Virus record (IMG/VR): IMGVR_UViG_3300027128_000012
Coordinates: 1 to 34,600 of that record
Source of the DNA: a virus
Lineage: Duplodnaviria > Caudoviricetes
Strand: one strand, 5' to 3'
Length of the DNA stretch: 34,600 nt
Below the pieces are notes generated by a model. The model did no database searches. It had not been told where the DNA came from and saw only the letters and a program-made list of their open reading frames with translations. Positions 26,782 to 33,229 of this stretch are shown piece by piece; position 1 is the first letter of the stretch; every line of letters begins with the position of its first letter. The position numbers were made by a program, and so were the translations under genes.

Positions 26782-26792
26782 AAAACCTTATG

Positions 26793-27062
26793 CTATTCTT
26801 TTGGCAGACCATTTACAGTCAAATACTCAAGGATAGCATTTGAAAACTTCTCCGAATGATACATCACAAATGAATTGTAATCCTCATTCTCCCAACGCCA
26901 AACACCATTTTCTAGAACAGCCATTCCTTTCATATGTGTGTCTTCTTGTCCATTCTTACGGGTTTCTTCAATTTCAGCACAATCATCACTAAAATATACA
27001 ATTTCCAATCCTTCACCCATTACCTCAAAATAATAGGTTATTACTTTATTATATGCTGTCAT
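26793..27062 (-). CDS. Hypothetical protein
   Basis: 89-aa ORF. Confidence 0.65.
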   Translation of the reverse strand: MTAYNKVITYYFEVMGEGLEIVYFSDDCAEIEETRKNGQEDTHMKGMAVLENGVWRWENEDYNSFVMYHSEKFSNAILEYLTVNGLPKE

Positions 27063-27078
27063 TTTAAGTGCCTTTGTT

Positions 27079-27155
27079 TGGTTGGGTGAGTGGGATTTGA
27101 ACCCACGATTCTCCGGGTAAGAGCCGGGAACTTTAAGCCTCTAAGTTACCACCCA
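27079..27155 (-). tRNA. tRNA-Lys(CTT)
   Basis: TGGGTGG/TCACCCA-ACCA; CCCGG CT CTT AC CCGGA. Confidence 0.88.
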
Positions 27156-27166
27156 ATGATTTTTAC

Positions 27167-27220
27167 AGGTTGTATTTTTCTTTTTTCCAAATAAAAAATT
27201 AAAATTGCTGTTAACAACCT
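27167..27220 (-). ncRNA. ACAGCAA-scaffold element 6: minimal form, loop triplet TGG (Pro-like)
   Basis: AGGTTGT-TAACAGCAA-TTTTAATTTTTTA TT TGG AA AAAAG..-ACAACCT; near-identical to element 5 except for the triplet. Confidence 0.75.
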
Positions 27221-27226
27221 AAAACT

Positions 27227-27466
27227 TTAAGAAAACCAATCAGGCTTTCTAAATCTGTCAGTGAAGACATATTCATCTACTTCTTCACTCATGTCAATGT
27301 CATATGCATCAGGCCAATATGTCATCAACTGTTGCATATCATCAACATAAGCTACAATAACCGAATGACCATATAATGTTCCACCAGTACACCAGTAAGG
27401 GTGCTTAATCGGCCACACTACAGGACGATAATCTTCAACTGGAACATAAAATCGTGCACGATACAT
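27227..27466 (-). CDS. Conserved hypothetical phage protein
   Basis: DYRPVVWPIKHPYWCTG...FTDRFRKPDW. Confidence 0.75.
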   Translation of the reverse strand: MYRARFYVPVEDYRPVVWPIKHPYWCTGGTLYGHSVIVAYVDDMQQLMTYWPDAYDIDMSEEVDEYVFTDRFRKPDWFS

Positions 27467-27559
27467 TTTTATCTCACTGTTTATATTTTGTTGTGAAATT
27501 AAACCATGAGTATATTTTCACAACATTTTCTAAACACACATTTAAGCATGTTTAATTAA

Positions 27560-27766
27560 TCGGTAGGCACGACACTAGCTTGCACCCAATCAGTCCACCA
27601 GCACTAAACTGTGCCTTTCTCTAGCACCCCACCATAAAGGAGGGAATGAGGACTAACGGTTTCTACACATTATCGTATTGTATGGGATTAGCCGCATCCA
27701 CAACGTCTGTGAACTTAGTACGCATAAGTCACAACTTTTAACACCACTACTGGCTTCCAATGGTGT
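27560..27766 (-). ncRNA. Candidate structured non-coding RNA
   Basis: GC-richer stretch with no ORF-track entry and several hairpins, starting at the 3' end of tRNA(CAT). Confidence 0.4.
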
Positions 27767-27843
27767 TGGTATCTCAAGCTGGGTTCGAACCAGCGACCTG
27801 CCGATTATGAGTCGGATGCTCTAACCACCTGAGCTATTGAGAT
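27767..27843 (-). tRNA. tRNA(CAT), Met or Ile2
   Basis: ATCTCAA/TTGAGAT-ACCA; TCCGA CT CAT AA TCGGC. Confidence 0.9.
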
Positions 27844-27851
27844 ATCACGTA

Positions 27852-28172
27852 TCACATGGTCACATATTCAATCGGAATATTGTTTTTCTTGCAATAATCA
27901 ATTTCATATGATACACCAGATGAATCTTCCCATCCGTCAATCATCAAGACAACCATTTTATTACATCTGCTCAACAAAGTCAAGGAATAATTTTCCCAAA
28001 ATGCCGAATCAGAAGGTACAGGATGTCTCATCACCACTTCATGTGCCATCAACGGCGTGACAGGAACATGACCCTGCATCATCAGAGCCGCAAAGTGTTT
28101 GTATACAGAACCCATACGTTTCTCAATTACGGATTTGTCTGGATGTGAATATGGTGCTGATATATAAATCAC
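27852..28172 (-). CDS. DUF1937 / nucleoside deoxyribosyltransferase-like fold protein
   Basis: IYISAPYSHPD, GWEDSSGVSYEI. Confidence 0.8.
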   Translation of the reverse strand: MIYISAPYSHPDKSVIEKRMGSVYKHFAALMMQGHVPVTPLMAHEVVMRHPVPSDSAFWENYSLTLLSRCNKMVVLMIDGWEDSSGVSYEIDYCKKNNIPIEYVTM

Positions 28173-28204
28173 TTTACAACTCTCAATTCGTTTTCGATGG
28201 TGCC

Positions 28205-28232
28205 ATTATATCACATCTACACCATCTGTCAA
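28205..28232 (-). promoter_or_regulatory. sigma70 promoter internal to tRNA region
   Basis: TTGACA-16 nt-TATAAT with TG. Confidence 0.75.
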
Positions 28233-28244
28233 CTAATTTCTAGG

Positions 28245-28317
28245 CACTATGTACGAGAATTGAACTCGTGTCTCCGGCGTGACAGGCCAGTATACTCGAC
28301 CACTGTACTAACATAGT
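28245..28317 (-). tRNA. tRNA-Asp(GTC), no encoded CCA
   Basis: ACTATGT/ACATAGT-G-CCT; CTGGC CT GTC AC GCCGG. Confidence 0.88.
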
Positions 28318-28320
28318 ATT

Positions 28321-28494
28321 GTAGTTAGCTGGTTCCTAACTTTTCACTACTTGTTCTTTACGAACTGGCCGTGAAAGGCGCTACCCAGACCACATCTGGA
28401 TTTAACGAGCGGGGTGGCTTTTGCACACTCGCTTTAAAGTTTTTAGCCAATCTTACGATTGTTTCCATCTAGTGCCTCGTGGCGGCAAACTTTA
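28321..28494 (-). ncRNA. Candidate structured non-coding RNA
   Basis: GC-richer spacer with multiple short helices including CAATC-GTAA-GATTG and CCAGA-TGTGG-TCTGG. Confidence 0.4.
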
Positions 28495-28502
28495 TACTAG
28501 AC

Positions 28503-28575
28503 CTCCCAGAACAGGACTCGAACCTGTGACCCGTTGATTAACAATCAACCGCTCTACCAACTGAGCTATCTGGGA
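28503..28575 (-). tRNA. tRNA-Asn(GTT), no encoded CCA
   Basis: TCCCAGA/TCTGGGA-G; GTTGA TT GTT AA TCAAC. Confidence 0.92.
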
Positions 28576-28581
28576 ATTATA

Positions 28582-28768
28582 TTACCACTTAATTTTTCTA
28601 CCATTTTCCCAACCGGGTTCTAATACAGAATCCTTTGGTACTTTTTTACATTTTTTCATCTCTTTGTTATGAACCCATATAACCGTCATCTAAATCATCG
28701 GTTTTATGTTTTCCTATGTAGATTTTACCATTTTTCAAGTTAGTAATCTTGTATATTGTATAATACAT
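28582..28768 (-). pseudogene. Internally deleted GIY-YIG (Seg-like) homing endonuclease
   Basis: MYYTIYKITNLKNGKIYIGKHKTDDLDDGYMGS* joined out of frame to IWVHNK...PGWENGRKIKW*. Confidence 0.85.
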
Positions 28769-28844
28769 GTAAGTGCCATTATGACTGTTATTCTTACATG
28801 TATATACTTTGTTCGATACCTACCCTAGAATAAGTATCTAAATG

Positions 28845-28927
28845 CTCTCAGAAGTGGGATCGAACCACTGCACCTTACGGTGTCCTCCGGTTAACAGCCG
28901 GGAACATTACCACTCTGTCATCTGAGA
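28845..28927 (-). tRNA. tRNA-Asn(GTT) with long variable arm, no encoded CCA
   Basis: TCTCAGA/TCTGAGA-G; CCGG CT GTT AA CCGG; 16-nt variable region with CACC-GTAA-GGTG. Confidence 0.85.
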
Positions 28928-29028
28928 ATCACAACATCAAATCGAACTCATCCTGCTATATTTTCCGCTGTTCTCCAATAGTTTCCAATAATTGATCAGA
29001 TTATTTTTCACTATCTTCCTTGATGTTA

Positions 29029-29104
29029 TGGTGCTGTTAGAAGGAATCGAACCCTCATTACCGGACTACAAAACCGGCATAATAAGCCTTTATATGATAA
29101 CAGC
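29029..29104 (-). tRNA. tRNA-Thr(TGT)
   Basis: GCTGTTA/TAACAGC-ACCA; CCGGT TT TGT AG TCCGG. Confidence 0.9.
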
Positions 29105-29108
29105 ATAT

Positions 29109-29185
29109 TGGTAGGTCTACTCGGAATTGAACCGAGAACCGCCGAATTATGAGTTCGGTGCTCTAACCACTTGAGCTATAGACCT
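29109..29185 (-). tRNA. tRNA(CAT), likely Ile2
   Basis: AGGTCTA/TAGACCT-ACCA (Ile-like AGG start); CCGAA CT CAT AA TTCGG. Confidence 0.9.
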
Positions 29186-29195
29186 ATCGCAATTT

Positions 29196-29271
29196 TGGTG
29201 CTCGGTGTTGGACTCGAACCAACATCGCTCTCCTTGTAAGGGAGACGTATAACCTCTCTACGCAACCGAGC
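29196..29271 (-). tRNA. tRNA-Val(TAC)
   Basis: GCTCGGT/ACCGAGC-ACCA; TCTCC CT TAC AA GGAGA. Confidence 0.92.
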
Positions 29272-29277
29272 AATAAC

Positions 29278-29337
29278 AGGAAACATTTTACGTTTTTCAT
29301 TAAAAGTGAAATGTATAAATTTTGCTGTTAGTTTCCT
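29278..29337 (-). ncRNA. ACAGCAA-scaffold element 7: isolated Lys(TTT) anticodon stem-loop
   Basis: AGGAAAC-TAACAGCAA ... TTTCA CT TTT AA TGAAA ... GTTTCCT. Confidence 0.85.
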
Positions 29338-29339
29338 TT

Positions 29340-29414
29340 TGGTTGGTCTACTGGGATTCGAACCCAGAAAAACGGATTAAAAGTCCGCTGTGATAACCGT
29401 TTCACTATAGACCA
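29340..29414 (-). tRNA. tRNA-Lys(TTT)
   Basis: TGGTCTA/TAGACCA-ACCA; GCGGA CT TTT AA TCCGT. Confidence 0.9.
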
Positions 29415-29426
29415 ATTGTAACATTT

Positions 29427-29501
29427 TGGCGGGCCTACCAAGATTCGAACTTGGGCCAAAAGTTTAGAAGACTCTTATGCTATCCATTACACCATAAGCC
29501 C
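29427..29501 (-). tRNA. tRNA-Arg(TCT)
   Basis: GGGCTTA/TAGGCCC-GCCA; AGAGT CT TCT AA ACTTT. Confidence 0.92.
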
Positions 29502-29502
29502 G

Positions 29503-29539
29503 AAACAAAAAAGCCTAGTTGTTTAGACTAGGCTTTGTG
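29503..29539 (-). terminator. Attenuator terminator directly in front of the first tRNA
   Basis: CACAAAGCCTAGT-CTAAACA-ACTAGGCTTTTTTGTTT. Confidence 0.85.
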
Positions 29540-29587
29540 TTCGCATCAGCAGTTGGTTTAAAAGTCCCAACCCTCGTCACAAAGCCT
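29530..29587 (-). promoter_or_regulatory. Antiterminator hairpin
   Basis: AGGCTTTGTG (29587-29578, leader codons 39-42) is the exact complement of CACAAAGCCT (29539-29530, terminator 5' arm); inner GGTTGG/CCAACT helix. Confidence 0.8.
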
Positions 29588-29701
29588 TCCACTATTTCTA
29601 TCATTTTTATTTGTAACTATATTTTTGACAATAGTATCCACTGTCACAGTTTTTACTGTGTCCTTCGTGGTTATGTCAGTTACAAAGTTGATAGTGTTCA
29701 T
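29558..29701 (-). CDS. 47-aa leader peptide of tRNA operon (not in ORF track)
   Basis: MNTINFVTDITTKDTVKTVTVDTIVKNIVTNKNDRNSGRLCDEGWDF*; AGGT SD; lies between promoter and terminator. Confidence 0.8.
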   Translation of the reverse strand: MNTINFVTDITTKDTVKTVTVDTIVKNIVTNKNDRNSGRLCDEGWDF

Positions 29702-29747
29702 TTTCTCTTACCTATTAAGCAATTCGTATTAATTGCGGTGTCGTACT

Positions 29748-29776
29748 ATTATATAGTGTTTTTTCGTCAATGTCAA
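29748..29776 (-). promoter_or_regulatory. Consensus sigma70 promoter (proximal) of tRNA operon
   Basis: TTGACA-17 nt-TATAAT with A-tract upstream. Confidence 0.9.
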
Positions 29777-29837
29777 GCACTTTTTCAAACTTTTTTAAGA
29801 TATTTTTCAAAAAGTTCAACTCGTCTTGATGTGATGC

Positions 29838-29866
29838 ATTCTACACATAGTTTTAGCTGTTGTCAA
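29838..29866 (-). promoter_or_regulatory. sigma70 promoter (distal) of tRNA operon
   Basis: TTGACA-17 nt-TAGAAT; shares AAGTGCTTGACA with the proximal promoter. Confidence 0.8.
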
Positions 29867-29910
29867 GCACTTGTTGTAAATATTATATATTTTTTCACAT
29901 GGTAATAAAA

Positions 29911-30633
29911 ATGAAGAGTTACAGTGAGTTCTTAAACGAAAGTTTTAATATATTCAAGAAACATGATAAAATAGTTCCAACTAATAAAGCAGAAGAACAT
30001 CTGGATTTTGACTATAGTCATCACAATGAACATTTAAAACCGTTTGACGAAGAACATTTTCATCAACATGCACCATCTATAAATGGTAATTTACAGAAAA
30101 AAGCATTAGATGCATATAAGCATGATTCATACAACATGAATGGTTCATTATGGGGCGGTAAAAATGCAGTTCATAATGACGACCATCATATTGAACATGT
30201 TTCGGCTTTATTAAAATCAACACCGGCAGCAAAAAAAGACTTTCATGTTTATACTGGCGTCAAAGCTGATAGTGAAAGGCTTAAAGGTGATTTGCATATT
30301 CCGGCATTCACTTCTGCATCTGCGGATCATAGAATAGCTGGTTTGTTTTCATCAGGAAAAACAGTAGAAAAAATGAAAACAGAAAGCGGAAACGAGAAAG
30401 ATGTTAATGTAAGACATGTTATTAAAATACATGTTAAAAAAGGACAACAAGTTGGTGGTTATGTTGGTGATATTGGCCAGCGACAACATGAAAGAGAGTT
30501 TTTAATAAACAAGGGACACACATTACATTTTACAGGAAAAATTGAAGATCATGTTGAACAAGACAGCACATTTGGCGGAACTCCAAAAATAGTAAGAGTA
30601 CACCACGCAACCATAACACCGGATGATGAATAA
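29911..30633 (+). CDS. ADP-ribosyltransferase 1 (VIP2/Alt-Mod-like R-S-E clade)
   Basis: MKSYSEFLNE start; YKHDSYNMNGSL, FHVYTG, AFTSAS, HEREFLI; TAAATA at 29877-29882. Confidence 0.85.
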   Translation: MKSYSEFLNESFNIFKKHDKIVPTNKAEEHLDFDYSHHNEHLKPFDEEHFHQHAPSINGNLQKKALDAYKHDSYNMNGSLWGGKNAVHNDDHHIEHVSALLKSTPAAKKDFHVYTGVKADSERLKGDLHIPAFTSASADHRIAGLFSSGKTVEKMKTESGNEKDVNVRHVIKIHVKKGQQVGGYVGDIGQRQHEREFLINKGHTLHFTGKIEDHVEQDSTFGGTPKIVRVHHATITPDDE

Positions 30634-31310
30634 TGAGTAAATTTAGAGCTTTAATTGAAGGAAAAATAAAACCTGAAAAACATATAAGTTTTTTAGATAT
30701 AAGTGATGACAGAAAACGTGAAGATGATTTAATAGCATCTCATTTACCAAATGTTTCTAATACATCACATAGCAACGCCATCAGATCATATAGTGCTAGT
30801 TCTAAAGGTCTAAACCGTTATCTATGGGAAAACAAACACGATGCAAATCACAAGAATAGTTCATTAGACGACGACGCAAAAACTCTTTCAGATATTCTAA
30901 AAACAGCACCCGCTGCCAAAGAGGATTTCCATGTTTACACTGGAATAAACTCAAAAAGAAATAAAATTGAAAAAGGGGACTTACACATTCCGGCTTTCAC
31001 CTCAACATCAACAAAAGATTTTGTGGCAGGTGACTTTGGAGTAAAATATCACTCTTTAGAAGACCACCCAAACAAGAATGGTGATATACAACCGCATATG
31101 ATTCATCATATATTAAAGATACATGTCAAAAAAGGACAACAGGTTGGTGCGTATATTGCACCCCATAGTAACTATAGCGACGAACATGAGTTCTTAATAA
31201 ATAAAAATCACACGATACATGTTTCCGATGATTATGAAGACCATCCGGGAGAGGGCAATAGAATTTTCAGAATACACCATGCAACAATATCAATGGGGAA
31301 CGATAAATGA
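30633..31310 (+). CDS. ADP-ribosyltransferase 2
   Basis: YSASSKGLNRYL, FHVYTG, AFTSTS, DEHEFLI. Confidence 0.85.
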   Translation: MSKFRALIEGKIKPEKHISFLDISDDRKREDDLIASHLPNVSNTSHSNAIRSYSASSKGLNRYLWENKHDANHKNSSLDDDAKTLSDILKTAPAAKEDFHVYTGINSKRNKIEKGDLHIPAFTSTSTKDFVAGDFGVKYHSLEDHPNKNGDIQPHMIHHILKIHVKKGQQVGAYIAPHSNYSDEHEFLINKNHTIHVSDDYEDHPGEGNRIFRIHHATISMGNDK

Positions 31311-32020
31311 AAACTTTTAAAGAACATTTAAACATGATATATTCTTTAAATGAGCAAGTGGTAAATCCACCTATAAAATTTGATCACAATGACAATGAAG
31401 ACCCTGATAAAGAGCTTTTCTTCATACATCATGCGCCTGAAACAAAAGACAATAATCAAATCGACGCTATTAAAAGTTATTGCGACCACTCAACAAGTAT
31501 GAACAAATCTTTATGGAAGAAAAAGTTTGACTTCATAGAAGATGAAAAAAATGCGTCATTACTAACAGATGCCCTTAAAACAGCACCTGCCGCAAAAGAA
31601 GATTTTCATGTTTATACAGGGGTGAATGCGAATAGGAATGAAATTAAAAAAGGAGATTTACATATTCCAGCCTTTACATCAGCGTCATACTCCCCAATAA
31701 TAGCAGGAAGATTCGTCAGACCTATTGAAAATAGGCACACGGAAGAGTACCATCCGGATGAAGATGGAAATATGGTTAAACATACTGTCCATCATATATT
31801 AAAGATACACGTGAAAAAAGGACAACAGGTTGGTGCGTATATCGCCGATCATTCTTTTGCACCACACGAAAAAGAGTTTTTGATTAATAAAGGGCATACC
31901 ATACATATTAGCGGGGATTATGAAGACCATCATAATCCACCAGAAGAAAATGGGTATAGTAGAACAAGAAGAATATATAGAATACACCATGCAACCATAA
32001 CACCGGATGATGATAAATGA
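31307..32020 (+). CDS. ADP-ribosyltransferase 3
   Basis: MKTFKEHLN; FHVYTG, AFTSAS, HEKEFLI. Confidence 0.85.
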   Translation: MKTFKEHLNMIYSLNEQVVNPPIKFDHNDNEDPDKELFFIHHAPETKDNNQIDAIKSYCDHSTSMNKSLWKKKFDFIEDEKNASLLTDALKTAPAAKEDFHVYTGVNANRNEIKKGDLHIPAFTSASYSPIIAGRFVRPIENRHTEEYHPDEDGNMVKHTVHHILKIHVKKGQQVGAYIADHSFAPHEKEFLINKGHTIHISGDYEDHHNPPEENGYSRTRRIYRIHHATITPDDDK

Positions 32021-32676
32021 ATTTTCTAAACTATTTTATTAATTTATTAGAACAATATAATTTTGACGGTGAAGTAATAGAAAACGAACATCCAGATTCA
32101 TTTTTCAGCGAACATCAACCATCGCATGAAAGCACAAAAGATGATGATAGCCTTTATTATTACACCGAAGACTCCAAAACAATTAATAGAAATTTATGGA
32201 AAGGTGAAAAACATGATATGCATGATAAAATAAGCAACGTTCTAAAATCAGGAAGGCCAGCAAAAAAAGATTTTCATGTATTCACTGGTGTAAACGCTAA
32301 TAAAAATGAATTAAAAGGAAATCTTCACATACCTGCTTTTACTAGCACGTCTACAAGAGTATCAGAAGCTGCTGACTTTACACCTGTGAAGGGTAGCAGA
32401 CATACTACAGAAAAACACGTTAATGATGGTGTTGAAAAAGAATATAACATACACCACATAATAAAAATACATGTGAAAAAAGGACAACAAGTTGGTGCAT
32501 ACATATCAGATTTTTCACAGTTCCCTAAAGAAAGAGAGTTCCTTATTAATAAAGGACACACATTGCACCTTTCTGGTGAACATGAAGACCACCATATGCC
32601 ACCATACAGAGAAGGGCTAAATCCACGAATATATAGAATACACCACGCAACAATAACTATGGATGATGAAAAATGA
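32017..32676 (+). CDS. ADP-ribosyltransferase 4
   Basis: YTEDSKTINRNL, FHVFTG, AFTSTS, KEREFLI. Confidence 0.85.
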   Translation: MNFLNYFINLLEQYNFDGEVIENEHPDSFFSEHQPSHESTKDDDSLYYYTEDSKTINRNLWKGEKHDMHDKISNVLKSGRPAKKDFHVFTGVNANKNELKGNLHIPAFTSTSTRVSEAADFTPVKGSRHTTEKHVNDGVEKEYNIHHIIKIHVKKGQQVGAYISDFSQFPKEREFLINKGHTLHLSGEHEDHHMPPYREGLNPRIYRIHHATITMDDEK

Positions 32677-32843
32677 AAAGCTATAATGATTTCTTAAATG
32701 AAAGCAAGTCTAAAGAAAAGCCAAAAGACGAATATATCGAATTGGGGATTGGAGATAGGGAAAGGGAAGTTAAAGAACCCAAAGAACCGAAAGAAAACAA
32801 AGATGAATATATCGAGTTGGGTATAGGTGACAGAAAACGCTAA
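32673..32843 (+). CDS. 56-aa peptide with duplicated KDEYIELGIGDR motif (not in ORF track)
   Basis: ATGA overlap with ART4; MKSYNDFLNESKSKEKPKDEYIELGIGDREREVKEPKEPKENKDEYIELGIGDRKR*. Confidence 0.8.
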   Translation: MKSYNDFLNESKSKEKPKDEYIELGIGDREREVKEPKEPKENKDEYIELGIGDRKR

Positions 32844-32844
32844 C

Positions 32845-33177
32845 TTAGTTAGCGTCTGTTGTCCAATTTGTTAATTCAAATGTAACATGGAAAAATATTA
32901 CATTATCTTTTGGATCACGTTCACATTTAACAGAAAATCCACCAGAAGAATTAAAACCTTTATTAGTATCACCAAATATAACTGCTTCATATGCTTCTCT
33001 CATAGACTTTCTAACATATTGGCGCATGTCTGGAATAGTAGGAACTCCACTGACAGAAAACCATTGCCAATCTAGAAAATCCATGACTTTTTGGACTTTC
33101 TCAAAATCAAACCAGTCCATGACTTCATCCATTCTTTCTTGAAGATAATCTGTTTGTTCTTGTGTTAATTTTTTCAT
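32845..33177 (-). CDS. Conserved hypothetical phage protein
   Basis: FDFEKVQKVMDFLDWQW...VPTI...SSGGF. Confidence 0.75.
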   Translation of the reverse strand: MKKLTQEQTDYLQERMDEVMDWFDFEKVQKVMDFLDWQWFSVSGVPTIPDMRQYVRKSMREAYEAVIFGDTNKGFNSSGGFSVKCERDPKDNVIFFHVTFELTNWTTDAN

Positions 33178-33195
33178 ATAAACCTCGAACTATAG

Positions 33196-33224
33196 ATTAT
33201 AAAACAACATGAAGTATTTGTCAA
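33196..33224 (-). promoter_or_regulatory. Consensus sigma70 promoter
   Basis: TTGACA-17 nt-TATAAT. Confidence 0.85.
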
Positions 33225-33229
33225 TAATT

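Noticed and set aside
26726-27220. CRISPR array or att/direct-repeat interpretation of the duplicated 55-mer
   Set aside because: Only two near-identical copies with irregular spacing, no cas or integrase genes, and both fit the seven-member ACAGCAA family.
28947-29011. Roughly 24-codon GTG ORF between tRNA-Thr and tRNA-Asn
   Set aside because: Too short, and no compositional or structural support.
29270-29337. Pseudoknot between TAACAG and downstream CTGTTA in the scaffold
   Set aside because: It would need zero-length loops and is not conserved in the copies that have CAGT after the stem.
29519-29905. 128-aa plus-strand ORF
   Set aside because: Antisense to the leader peptide, terminator and tandem promoters; no SD or recognisable protein features.
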